Part shown: positions 17,412-25,812 of the stretch, piece by piece
How the letters are laid out: every line of letters starts with the position of its first letter
Position numbering within the stretch: the first letter of the stretch is position 1
Assembly (NCBI GenBank): GCA_964569765.1
Contig: CAZMVY010000003.1
Span: forward strand, 1-56,082
Reading direction: 5' to 3'
DNA: 56,082 nt
Source of the DNA: an uncultured Planctomycetales bacterium
Lineage (GTDB): Bacteria; Planctomycetota; Phycisphaerae; UBA1845; PWPN01
Notes under the pieces: generated by a model
Databases searched by the model: none
What the model was told of the DNA's origin: nothing
The model's input: only the letters and a program-made list of their open reading frames with translations
Translations under genes and position numbers: made by a program

Positions 17412-18290
17412 ATGATGAGCCGGCGTTCTTGTGTCGGACTGGTGAGTGCGTTCGTGGGCTTGACCGCGTCTCTGGCCTGGGCCGGGGCGCCGGATCAGGC
17501 CGCCAAGTCGTTCGCGGATGGCAATGCCTTGCTGGCGAAGGCGGACTTCGACGGGGCATTGAAGGCGTACGCGGCGGCGGCCAAGGCCGACCCCGAGAAG
17601 CAGGAGTACCGTCAACAGTACGCGATCGTCCGCCGCGTCGTGCAGATGCGCGAGGCCATTGCCCGCGAAAAGAACCCGCAGAAGTGGGAGCAGATGGCGC
17701 GCGCCCTCCGCGGATTCTACGTCGGCAGCGGCATCTACTCGGAGGCCCTCGCGATCGACAAACAGCTTCACGCGAAGCTCAACACGCCCGCCACCGCCGT
17801 TATGCTTGCCGAAACCCAGTTGGCGCTGTCGATGAACGCGGACGCCGAGAAGGTCCTCAGCGGGATCGACGAGAAGAGCGCCACGCCCGAGTCTCGCGTC
17901 ATGCTCGGCATCGCCCTGGCCCGCCAGAAGAAGATCGACGAGGCCAAGGCCGCCGCCGCCAAGTGTGCGCCGACAGCCGAGGCCAGTCCCGGCTTCCTGT
18001 ACGACCTCGCCTGCCTGAAGGCCCTGACGGGGGATGCCGCGGGCGCGGTGGAGGCGATCACGAAGGCGTTTGAGCAGACGCCGCCCAGCCGGCTCGATCG
18101 CATGAAATCGCACGCAAAGGAAGACAAGGACCTCGCCAGCGTGGCGGGCACCGAGGCGTTCGCCAAGGCCCTCAAGACCCAGTCCAAGGTGAAGGAGTCG
18201 AGCTGCAGCGGCGGAAGCGATTGCGGTTCGTGCCCGAGCAGGGGCAGTTGCGGCAGCGCGAAGGGCGGATCGAGCTGCACCAAGAACTAG
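17412..18290 (+). CDS. Secreted TPR-like protein with a Cys-rich C-terminal tail
   Basis: The signal peptide is MMSRRSCVGLVSAFVGLTASLAWA/GA. The body is helical and Ala/Lys-rich. The last 32 aa are KESSCSGGSDCGSCPSRGSCGSAKGGSSCTKN, with 5 Cys. Confidence 0.8.
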   Translation: MMSRRSCVGLVSAFVGLTASLAWAGAPDQAAKSFADGNALLAKADFDGALKAYAAAAKADPEKQEYRQQYAIVRRVVQMREAIAREKNPQKWEQMARALRGFYVGSGIYSEALAIDKQLHAKLNTPATAVMLAETQLALSMNADAEKVLSGIDEKSATPESRVMLGIALARQKKIDEAKAAAAKCAPTAEASPGFLYDLACLKALTGDAAGAVEAITKAFEQTPPSRLDRMKSHAKEDKDLASVAGTEAFAKALKTQSKVKESSCSGGSDCGSCPSRGSCGSAKGGSSCTKN

Positions 18291-18597
18291 TGCCGCTTTC
18301 GGTTCGAGAGTATCGTTCGTGTCCGGCCCTGTGGGGGCGACCCAGGAACAGCCCCGGGCATAAGCCCCGGCTTCCCCGTGTCAACAAACGCAAAGCTTCG
18401 CAGCGCGGCCATCGGCGGCAGCTTCACGGGGAACGGGTGTCTCGCCCGCCTTCGGAATATTCGCGGGCCGCGAGGATTTCGGGAGAGGACAGTATAGGGG
18501 CGACCGACTGTTGCGGCGCTGCACGCCGCACGCGAAACCATGTTACCGCAAACGGTCCCAGCGACTATGGATAGCAGGCGGAGAAGTACCAGACCCC

Positions 18598-19899
18598 ATG
18601 CGTAGAACCCGTCGCGTCGTGCAGCTCGGTTTTCTCGCCCTGACTCTGGCGGCGGTCTTCGTCGTCCGCGGCAATGCGGAACGATGGTGCCCCTTCGGCG
18701 GAGTCGAAGCGGCGTACACCTACCTCCGCGAGGGCAACCTCACCTGCTCGCTGGGCGTATCGAACTTCTACATACTGGCGGGTGTGCTCCTGTCAACCGT
18801 GTTGCTGCGGCGGGCGTTCTGCGGATACATGTGCCCGATCGGTACGATCTCGGAATGGCTCGGGGCCGCCGCAACAAGGCTCGGCGTTCGGCCGGCAAAG
18901 GTTCCCCGGGCCATCGACCGCACACTGTCGCTGCTCAAATACGGCGCGCTCGCCGTCATCCTGTACTTCACGTGGCGAGCAGGCGAGCTGATCTTCCGCG
19001 GATTTGACCCCTGTTACGCCCTGATCAGCCGCCACGGCGAGGACATCACGTTCTGGGCATACGTCGTAGCCGGCGGGATCGTGCTCGGATCGCTCTTTGT
19101 CACGATCCCCTTCTGCCGGTGGCTCTGCCCGCTTGCGGCGGTGCTCAACCTGTTCTCACGATTCGGCCTTACACGGATCAAGCGGGACGAGGCCGTTTGT
19201 ACAGATTGCGGCAAGTGTGCGCGGGCCTGCCCCATGGCGATCCCCGTGGATGTACTGTCGGAAGTGACGGTCGCCCGATGCACATCGTGCCTGAGCTGCG
19301 TGGACGCCTGCCCGAAAAAACCGGCGTCCGGGGTCCGGGTTCCGGGGTCCGGAATGGCACCGGAGGCCGTCGGCACCGCATCGCGAGACCCGAAACCCGA
19401 GCACCGACGCCCGAGTTCCGGCGCCCTGTTCTGGGGCCCGCCGAAGGCGCTCGGACGACGATGGCCCCAGGCGGCGCTTATCGCGATCATGCTGGCCTGC
19501 GTGGCGGGCGCGGTCGTGGCGGCGTACGCATTCCCCATCGCTTCATTCACCCACACGCGGGGCGAGGCGCCGGCGCACACGAGCGTGCTGCACCTGAGGG
19601 TAAACGGCGTAACCTGCCGTGGCGCGGCGACGCGGTTCGCGCTGTACTACCTCGATCGGGACGACGAATTCGCTGTGCCCGGGTACCTGAAGATCGAAGC
19701 GTGGCCGGGCCCCGACTATCCGAGCGCCCGAATCACGTACGACCCGGCGCAAACGAACGAACTTGCCATCAAGAAAGCCATTACCGAGCCGTACTTCAAC
19801 ACGGCCACCGGCCAGTGGGACGCCTCGCCGTTCCGGATCGAGGGCTACGACCCGCTGGGGCTGGACGAAGTTGAGGCGACGACGAAGCCGGGTGCGTAG
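18598..19899 (+). CDS. NapH/MauN-like integral-membrane polyferredoxin (4Fe-4S binding) with a C-terminal HMA-like domain
   Basis: I chose the ATG at 18598 (MRRTRRVVQLGFLALTL). Membrane Cys motifs are CPFGG, CGYMCPIGT and CRWLCPLAA. Two ferredoxin motifs are CTDCGKCARACP and CTSCLSCVDACP. After an extra TM comes LHLRVNGVTCRGAATRF...ARITYDPAQTNELAIKKAI, which looks like a ferredoxin-fold HMA domain with only one Cys. Confidence 0.8.
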   Translation: MRRTRRVVQLGFLALTLAAVFVVRGNAERWCPFGGVEAAYTYLREGNLTCSLGVSNFYILAGVLLSTVLLRRAFCGYMCPIGTISEWLGAAATRLGVRPAKVPRAIDRTLSLLKYGALAVILYFTWRAGELIFRGFDPCYALISRHGEDITFWAYVVAGGIVLGSLFVTIPFCRWLCPLAAVLNLFSRFGLTRIKRDEAVCTDCGKCARACPMAIPVDVLSEVTVARCTSCLSCVDACPKKPASGVRVPGSGMAPEAVGTASRDPKPEHRRPSSGALFWGPPKALGRRWPQAALIAIMLACVAGAVVAAYAFPIASFTHTRGEAPAHTSVLHLRVNGVTCRGAATRFALYYLDRDDEFAVPGYLKIEAWPGPDYPSARITYDPAQTNELAIKKAITEPYFNTATGQWDASPFRIEGYDPLGLDEVEATTKPGA

Positions 19900-19971
19900 C
19901 CGACGACGGCGAGGCCACCGCAAACGCCAGTCGGAGGTGACCCTTGCCGGTGGCTCCGGTAGACTGTCGGT

Positions 19972-22008
19972 ATGGCCCGGCCGCATGCGAATTCACGCGA
20001 ATCCACCGGCGGAGGCAACGCCGATGCAGGCGAGAGGCCGCCACGGCGCTCCGAGCGGCGGCCGGCCGTTCTGCTGGCTGTTCTCATGGTCGGCGTAGGG
20101 GTGGCCGTCCTCGCCGCCCATTGGCCCGCTCTGTCGGCCCGGGCCCTCTCGTTCGACGACCGCGAATACCTGACGGAAAACCACCTGGTTCAGCATCCGA
20201 GCTGGACCTCGGCCGGACGGTTTCTCCGCGAGGTCCTTAGCCCATCGACCGTCGGCGGCTACTATCAGCCGCTCTCAATGATCTCGCTCATGCTCGACTA
20301 CGCCGTCGCCGGGCGCCCCGACAACCTGCGGCCGTTTCACCGGACGAGCCTCGCCCTGCACGTGATGAACACGATGCTCATCATCGTGCTGCTGTACATG
20401 CTCTTCGGTAATCCGTGGGCGGCGGCCATGGCGGGCCTGCTGTTCGGCGTGCATCCGATCACCGTCGAATCGATTCCCTGGATCGCGGAGCGCAAGACGG
20501 TGCTGGCGGCATTCTTCGCGTTCTGGGCAGTGATCCTGTACGTGCGCTACGCGCGGCGGCGCAGGTGGCCCGCATATGCAGGCTGCTTTACGATGTACCT
20601 TCTCGCCGTCTTGTCGAAGCCGAGCGCCATGCCTCTGCCGTTGGTCATGGTCCTGCTGGACTTCTGGCCGCTTCGGCGGTTCGCCGGCCGTACCGTTCTC
20701 GAGAAGCTCCCGCTGCTTGCCCTCGGCGCGGCCTCTGCGATTGTGACGTACGTGTCGCAGCATCGGACTGCGGTAGCCGTCCTGCCCACCGAGTACGACG
20801 CAACGGAGTTGGGGCTGATCTTCTGCTACAACATCGTCTTCTACCTGCGGAAAGCCTTCTGGCCGGTCCATATGTCAGCCTTCTATCCCTGCCCGAATCC
20901 TGTGGCGCTATCGAATCTGCCGATCCTGGCCGGCGTGATCGGCACGGCCGTCCTGATCCCCGCCCTGGCGGCTTCGCTGCGGTGGACGCGCAGCCTTATG
21001 ACAGGCTGGCTGATCTTCTTCGTCGCCATCCTCCCTGCAATGCAGCTCATAGGGTTCACGCGGGTTGTCGCGGCCGACCGTTTCGCGTACCTGCCGCTGC
21101 TCGGCATCCTGCTGCCGTTGACGTGGGGCCTGAATCGAATCTGGCACGGACGGTTGCCCGGGCGTCGACTCCTGGCATCACGCGCGGTCGTGATCGCGCT
21201 TGTACTGACCGTTGCCGGCTTGTCGGGTATGCGCACGCGGCAATACGCGAACTGCTGGCAGGACACGCCGACGCTCTACCGGTACATGCTCGCCGTGGCG
21301 CCTGATGTTCCGGAACTGCACAATGCCCTCGGAAGCGTGCTGCTGGAGCAGTACGATCGGGAACCCTCGCGGCCGGAACTCGCGGCCGACGCCGTTGCGC
21401 ATTTCAAGGAGGCGATCCGGCTGGAGCCGGACTACGCAGATCCCTACAACAATCTGGGGCTCGCGTTAGGGGGGCAGGGCAAGGCGGAAGAGGCCGCCGC
21501 CTGCCTGAGGAAAGCTCTGCGACTCCAGCCGAACCATGCAGAGGCCCACAACAACCTCGGCAACGCCCTGGCCGACCTGGGCAAACTCAACGAGGCAATC
21601 GCGCAATATGCCGAGGCGTTGCGTCTGAAGCCCGACTACGCCCGCGCCCACGCGAATCTGGCCGACGTGCTGCTGCGCCTACGGCGTCCCGATGAGGCGC
21701 TCGAGCACTACACGAGGGCGCTGGCGCTGGACCCCCGCCTGACGTTCGCCCGGATCGGCCTGGGCCACGCGCTCTTCGCGCAGGGCCGGACCGAGCGCGC
21801 CCTTGCGGCGTACCGGGAGGCCGTCGGCGCCTGCCCGGATGATCCGGGCGTACACCTGATCCTTGCCATCGCACTGCATGAATCGGGGCGGTTTGACGAG
21901 GCGATCGAGGAGTATCAGGATGTGCTGCGACTCGATCCGAACCGCCCGGATGTCGCGGCTCTACTTGCGGCGGCGCAGGCGAGGAGAGAAGCGCCACCCT
22001 TGCCGTGA
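19972..22008 (+). CDS. GT-C-type (PMT_2/TMTC-like) multi-pass membrane protein with C-terminal TPR repeats
   Basis: About 11 hydrophobic segments. The first-loop acidic motif is LSFDDREYLTENHLV. The C-terminus has canonical TPRs (AHNNLGNALADLGKLNEAIAQYAEALRLKPDYARAHANLADVL...). Confidence 0.8.
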   Translation: MARPHANSRESTGGGNADAGERPPRRSERRPAVLLAVLMVGVGVAVLAAHWPALSARALSFDDREYLTENHLVQHPSWTSAGRFLREVLSPSTVGGYYQPLSMISLMLDYAVAGRPDNLRPFHRTSLALHVMNTMLIIVLLYMLFGNPWAAAMAGLLFGVHPITVESIPWIAERKTVLAAFFAFWAVILYVRYARRRRWPAYAGCFTMYLLAVLSKPSAMPLPLVMVLLDFWPLRRFAGRTVLEKLPLLALGAASAIVTYVSQHRTAVAVLPTEYDATELGLIFCYNIVFYLRKAFWPVHMSAFYPCPNPVALSNLPILAGVIGTAVLIPALAASLRWTRSLMTGWLIFFVAILPAMQLIGFTRVVAADRFAYLPLLGILLPLTWGLNRIWHGRLPGRRLLASRAVVIALVLTVAGLSGMRTRQYANCWQDTPTLYRYMLAVAPDVPELHNALGSVLLEQYDREPSRPELAADAVAHFKEAIRLEPDYADPYNNLGLALGGQGKAEEAAACLRKALRLQPNHAEAHNNLGNALADLGKLNEAIAQYAEALRLKPDYARAHANLADVLLRLRRPDEALEHYTRALALDPRLTFARIGLGHALFAQGRTERALAAYREAVGACPDDPGVHLILAIALHESGRFDEAIEEYQDVLRLDPNRPDVAALLAAAQARREAPPLP

Positions 22009-22086
22009 CGCTTTCGGAAGCCTGGTCCGCCGCCGGATCGCCGCATGCGCAAACCGCATCCGCGCAGGGAAGGCGCACGGCGCAGA

Positions 22087-22878
22087 TCAATTGTCCATCA
22101 CAAGGCCGACATGTCCGTCGGGGTAGACGGCGTTGGACGCCTGGGCGAAGCGCTCGCTTATCGTCCCGTCAGCATTCTGTACGGTGAAACGCACGCGACT
22201 GTACAGGTGGGGATAAGCCGGCGGATCATAGGTCTTGCCCTCGTACCCGCGGAAGCCGCTGGGATTGTATGGCAGGTACTTGAAGTTGTCGTACGCAAGC
22301 CAGAGCTGCGCAGGGCCTGTTTTCGCGTTCTTCCTTACCAATTCGGGGAATCGCTCCGTGCGGAACCTGTCGCTGACCATCCAGGCGTACGAGCACTTGA
22401 AGGGCCGCAGCCAATCCTGCGCGTCGGGGCAGATCCACGTATCGCTCGGCGCCGGAAGGTACGCCGCGCCGCGGGTGGGCTTTCGCGTATCGTGCGTGGT
22501 GATTCCCGCCAGCACTGCGGGCAATCCGTACGACTCGGGCAAGGCGGGCTTCACCGTGCCCGGTTCCCGGTACGTTTCCCCCGGGGCCACCCGGAACCAC
22601 CAGCCCCGGCTGCCGATGATGCTTCCCGACTTGTCGGTCGTGTACTGCCCGCCCGTCGCATACGGGTCGGCGAAGCGATCTTTATTGTCGAGCGCGTACT
22701 GAATGCACGCCTGGCCGATGCTGTGAAGGTTGGTGCGGCAACCGATCATCTTGGCCTGCCTGCGCGCCTTCGACAGCGATGGCAGAAGGATCGCGACCAG
22801 CAACCCGATGATCGCGACCACGACCAACAGTTCGATCAGCGTAAACGCGCGCCGTCGTCCGATCAGAATCCCATTCAT
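22087..22878 (-). CDS. DUF1559 / prepilin-type N-terminal cleavage-methylation domain protein (pseudopilin-like)
   Basis: I chose the ATG at 22878 with RBS GAGGG 7 nt upstream; the track start at 22884 is TTG. The N-terminus [34 protein letters not shown] is classic. The C-terminal motif is NAVYPDGHV. Confidence 0.9.
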   Translation of the reverse strand: MNGILIGRRRAFTLIELLVVVAIIGLLVAILLPSLSKARRQAKMIGCRTNLHSIGQACIQYALDNKDRFADPYATGGQYTTDKSGSIIGSRGWWFRVAPGETYREPGTVKPALPESYGLPAVLAGITTHDTRKPTRGAAYLPAPSDTWICPDAQDWLRPFKCSYAWMVSDRFRTERFPELVRKNAKTGPAQLWLAYDNFKYLPYNPSGFRGYEGKTYDPPAYPHLYSRVRFTVQNADGTISERFAQASNAVYPDGHVGLVMDN

Positions 22879-22963
22879 GGTCAACCCTCAGCCCTGGCAC
22901 ACGCGCCAACACCACTGCGCCCGACTCGCGGCTTGCGCCGCGTCGCAGTCTCCCGTCGCGTCC

Positions 22964-22972
22964 ATTATAGCA
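22964..22972 (-). promoter_or_regulatory. Extended -10 promoter element TGcTATAAT (minus strand)
   Basis: The reverse complement of 22961..22974 reads GGTGCTATAATGGA. The element lies 85 nt upstream of the ATG at 22878. Confidence 0.55.
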
Positions 22973-23062
22973 CCCGGACCGGCCGGGACCGGCCCCCACC
23001 GGCCCCGGCCGTCTCCGTCGCTCCGTACGATTCCGTATTCGCAACGACCGCCGGCACCTCCG

Positions 23063-24910
23063 TTACAGGCACTTCAGCGGCCGGTTCGGCCCATTGAAAC
23101 AGCTCTGGAAGTACGAGAAGTCTCCCACATCCACATCGCCGTCGAAATCGAAGTCCTTCCGCTCACAGCCGGTGGGCGCCTTGTACGGGCGGTTGGGACC
23201 GTTGAAACAGGCCTGGAACGCATTGAAGTCCGCCAAGTCCACGTCGCCGTCGTCGTCCGAATCCACCATGAACCGCTTGAGGATTTCCTTATCCTGCGTC
23301 GTGACAAGCGTGTTGCCGTTCAGATCGCAGTTGATGTACTGCAGGTAAGCGGTGAGGTTGGTCGACTCCAACTCGTTCCCAGAACCGTCCTCCGGCGCCT
23401 CGTAGAACTTGCGGTTCGGCGTGGTGCCGGTAGAGAAAGTCTTGACCGGCGTGTTCAGGGCGGTCAGGAAGATAGCGATATCCGCCCCGTCGAAAACGCC
23501 GTCGCGGTTGAAATCGCCCGTCTTGAACGCATTGATGCCGCCGATCGCCTTCAGGTCAACGCTCTGGAACAGGATCTGCGTCACGGGCACACCGGAGATC
23601 GTGACGGAACGACGCTGGAGCCGCAGCGTCGAGCCCGCTGTGGTCGTCTTGCCGTTCGCAATGTGCCACCGGGCGTGCTGGGCCATGGTCTTCACCGCCG
23701 CGAGGCGGCCGCCCGCATCCCATCGCCAGACCGACTTGGACGAGGCGTCCCAGAAGTACACATCCGGAGCGTTCGCGGACTCGATCGCGTTCACACGCAC
23801 CGTCTGCGGAGCCTCGCTGCCGGGCCCCGGATCCACCCCGCCGGTCTCCGAGCGCGGATTGTACTTGCCATTCCACTCGAGATAGCCGGCAAAACGCGCT
23901 GCATCCAGCGCAACGAAGGGGCCCGTAACGCTCGTGCCCGTGTCCAGCAGGTAGTTGATGCCGCCGATGTTCCCGCCGGCTGTCGTTCCGTTGAGAAGGA
24001 TCTGATCGCCTGCACCGGTACCGCCGGTAAAGTCGCGAACCGATGTGCTCACACAGCCCGGCTCGCAAATCGCGGTGGTCGGGCCCCTCTCGCGGAAGAT
24101 CCGCTGCACGGCGCCGGTCTGGGCGTCCATCTTCCAGGTCCCGCCAAGGCCGGGATCGTCCGTGGCAATGCTGTTGAAATAGAAGCTCAGCCCGTCGCTG
24201 GAGAAGGCGCCTTGCCGGCCCACGTTGGCAACGTTGGCCCCGCCACCGATCGCCCGCATCGCTGCTTCCGTTACGCCAACCGTGAAAACGTCATTCCAAT
24301 CGGCAATCCCCAGCGACCCGATGACATTCCCGACGCCGTCCTGCGCGGTCGCATAGTCGGGCAAAACTGCGGTCGGCGCATTGACCTTACGCAGGTCCCA
24401 GCGAATTACGCGTTTGGTCCAGTCTTCCCGAGTCGTTACGCCGTTATCCTTTACCACAAGGCCCCCGTCCGTCACGAAGCAGAGCGTGCCCGGCGGATAC
24501 GTGATGCCCCCGATCACGAGCGTCGTCGGGTTCAAACTCAAGCCACTGGGCAGCCCGCCGCCCGTATCATTCGCATCCACGACACCGCCCGGGACATCAG
24601 AGGCCCGCATGAACAGCTCTTCGTCATACGTCGTCACGTATGTGTCCGACTCATCCAGGGTCGCGTCGTAGAACCGGTAGAACTTCGGCGTCCCGAAGAT
24701 CCCGATGTAGTACTTGTTGGTTGCCGCGTTATAGGCGAAGCCGCCGAGCGACGCCCCGGAAGCACCGCCAGTCACGTGACTCGACGAAACAACGACAACC
24801 ATATTGTCCGGCGACGGGGCCTGCGCGTACACCGTAGCGCTTCCCGCCGCTGCAACAAGCAACAACGCCAAGCCCACCATCAACCGACTTCCCGATCCGT
24901 ACCTCGACAT
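23063..24910 (-). CDS. Secreted protein (615 aa) with C-terminal dockerin/EF-hand-like Ca-binding repeats
   Basis: I chose the ATG at 24910 with RBS GGAGGA (the track ORF extends to 25285). The signal peptide is MSRYGSGSRLMVGLALLLVAAAGSATVYA/QA. The C-terminal repeats are DFNRDGVFDGADIAIFL, DLNGNTLVTTQDKEIL, DSDDDGDVDLADFNAFQACFNGPNRP and DFDFDGDVDVGDFSYFQSCFNGPNRP. Confidence 0.85.
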   Translation of the reverse strand: MSRYGSGSRLMVGLALLLVAAAGSATVYAQAPSPDNMVVVVSSSHVTGGASGASLGGFAYNAATNKYYIGIFGTPKFYRFYDATLDESDTYVTTYDEELFMRASDVPGGVVDANDTGGGLPSGLSLNPTTLVIGGITYPPGTLCFVTDGGLVVKDNGVTTREDWTKRVIRWDLRKVNAPTAVLPDYATAQDGVGNVIGSLGIADWNDVFTVGVTEAAMRAIGGGANVANVGRQGAFSSDGLSFYFNSIATDDPGLGGTWKMDAQTGAVQRIFRERGPTTAICEPGCVSTSVRDFTGGTGAGDQILLNGTTAGGNIGGINYLLDTGTSVTGPFVALDAARFAGYLEWNGKYNPRSETGGVDPGPGSEAPQTVRVNAIESANAPDVYFWDASSKSVWRWDAGGRLAAVKTMAQHARWHIANGKTTTAGSTLRLQRRSVTISGVPVTQILFQSVDLKAIGGINAFKTGDFNRDGVFDGADIAIFLTALNTPVKTFSTGTTPNRKFYEAPEDGSGNELESTNLTAYLQYINCDLNGNTLVTTQDKEILKRFMVDSDDDGDVDLADFNAFQACFNGPNRPYKAPTGCERKDFDFDGDVDVGDFSYFQSCFNGPNRPLKCL

Positions 24911-25063
24911 CTTTCGTCCTCCATCAAACAACAAACACTCGCGCACGTTCCCACGAACCGCGCCCGGCGTCCCATACCGAAGCCTCGCATCCTGCCCGCG
25001 ACTTGGCATCGTACCCGCGCTGGCATTGCGCAGAGACGCCCCCGACAGGTTCAACTGCCATTC

Positions 25064-25092
25064 AGTATACCCTGCCTCGTATTGATAATCAA
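25064..25092 (-). promoter_or_regulatory. Sigma-70-type promoter TTGATT-N17-TATACT (minus strand) for the dockerin-like gene
   Basis: The -35 is the reverse complement of 25087..25092 and the -10 is the reverse complement of 25064..25069. The spacer is exactly 17 nt. The -35 lies inside the palindrome TTGATAATCAA (25082..25092). Confidence 0.6.
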
Positions 25093-25812
25093 CAGAAATC
25101 CGGCGGTTTTGGTCACCCTGGCGGCCCAGATTCGCCCCGTGCGGCCCCGCCCGCCCGAAAGCCCATTCATCCCGGCCATGTGCCATCCCCTTGTCAATCA
25201 ACGCCATCCGAGCTTTGCATGCGCGGACGGCGGCCACACGACGAGGCCATGCTGGGACAAATATATCGTCCTGGCCGTAACGCAAGGGTTGTCCGCACCA
25301 TTATGGCCCCCTCGCCAGGGCGCGCCCCGATCCTGCCGCACACCTGCGGTTGCTCTCCTGCGAGCCGGCCCGAGATGCTCGGGCAGACGAAGAAAAAAGG
25401 CGCAAGACGCTTCGCTGCCCCCCAGCCCGGACGCCGGCTGGTGCCAACCGTGCATGCTGATCCCCAGGAACCTTCGGGCCCCGCAAAGACTCCGGACGCG
25501 GGCGAGCCGCCCGCGCCCCTTGTCGGGTTGCGGCCGAAGGCCCCTCTATGGCCTCCGGGATGCCGTCGACGCCGTTCGCAGCAATCGCTACGATCCTGGG
25601 CTGATGAACCGGTTCCCCGATCGCCACAGGGATGACGCGGCGAATATCAATGCATTAAGGTTGCATTACCGGGAGAAGGGTATGCCCGTAACACCGATCT
25701 CAAACTGCAGTCGCCCTCAGCCCGTCGCGGTGGAGACCGGTGCGCGCCGCAGATTCCGCAAGACGCACTCATCCGACCAGGCAACCGTGGACCGATTGCG
25801 AGAGATTCGGCG

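Noticed and set aside
18296-18320. tRNA T-arm-like GGTTCGAG after the Cys-tail gene
   Set aside because: No acceptor-stem or anticodon-arm complementarity can be drawn around it, so it is not a tRNA.
21142-21157. TGGCAC-N6-TTGC inside the GT-C/TPR gene
   Set aside because: The spacer is one nucleotide too long for a sigma-54 promoter, and the site is intragenic.
25078-25096. Fur-box-like sequence around TTGATAATCAA
   Set aside because: Only ~12/19 positions match the classical GATAATGATAATCATTATC consensus by my count. No iron-related gene is adjacent. I kept it only as a generic operator candidate overlapping the -35.
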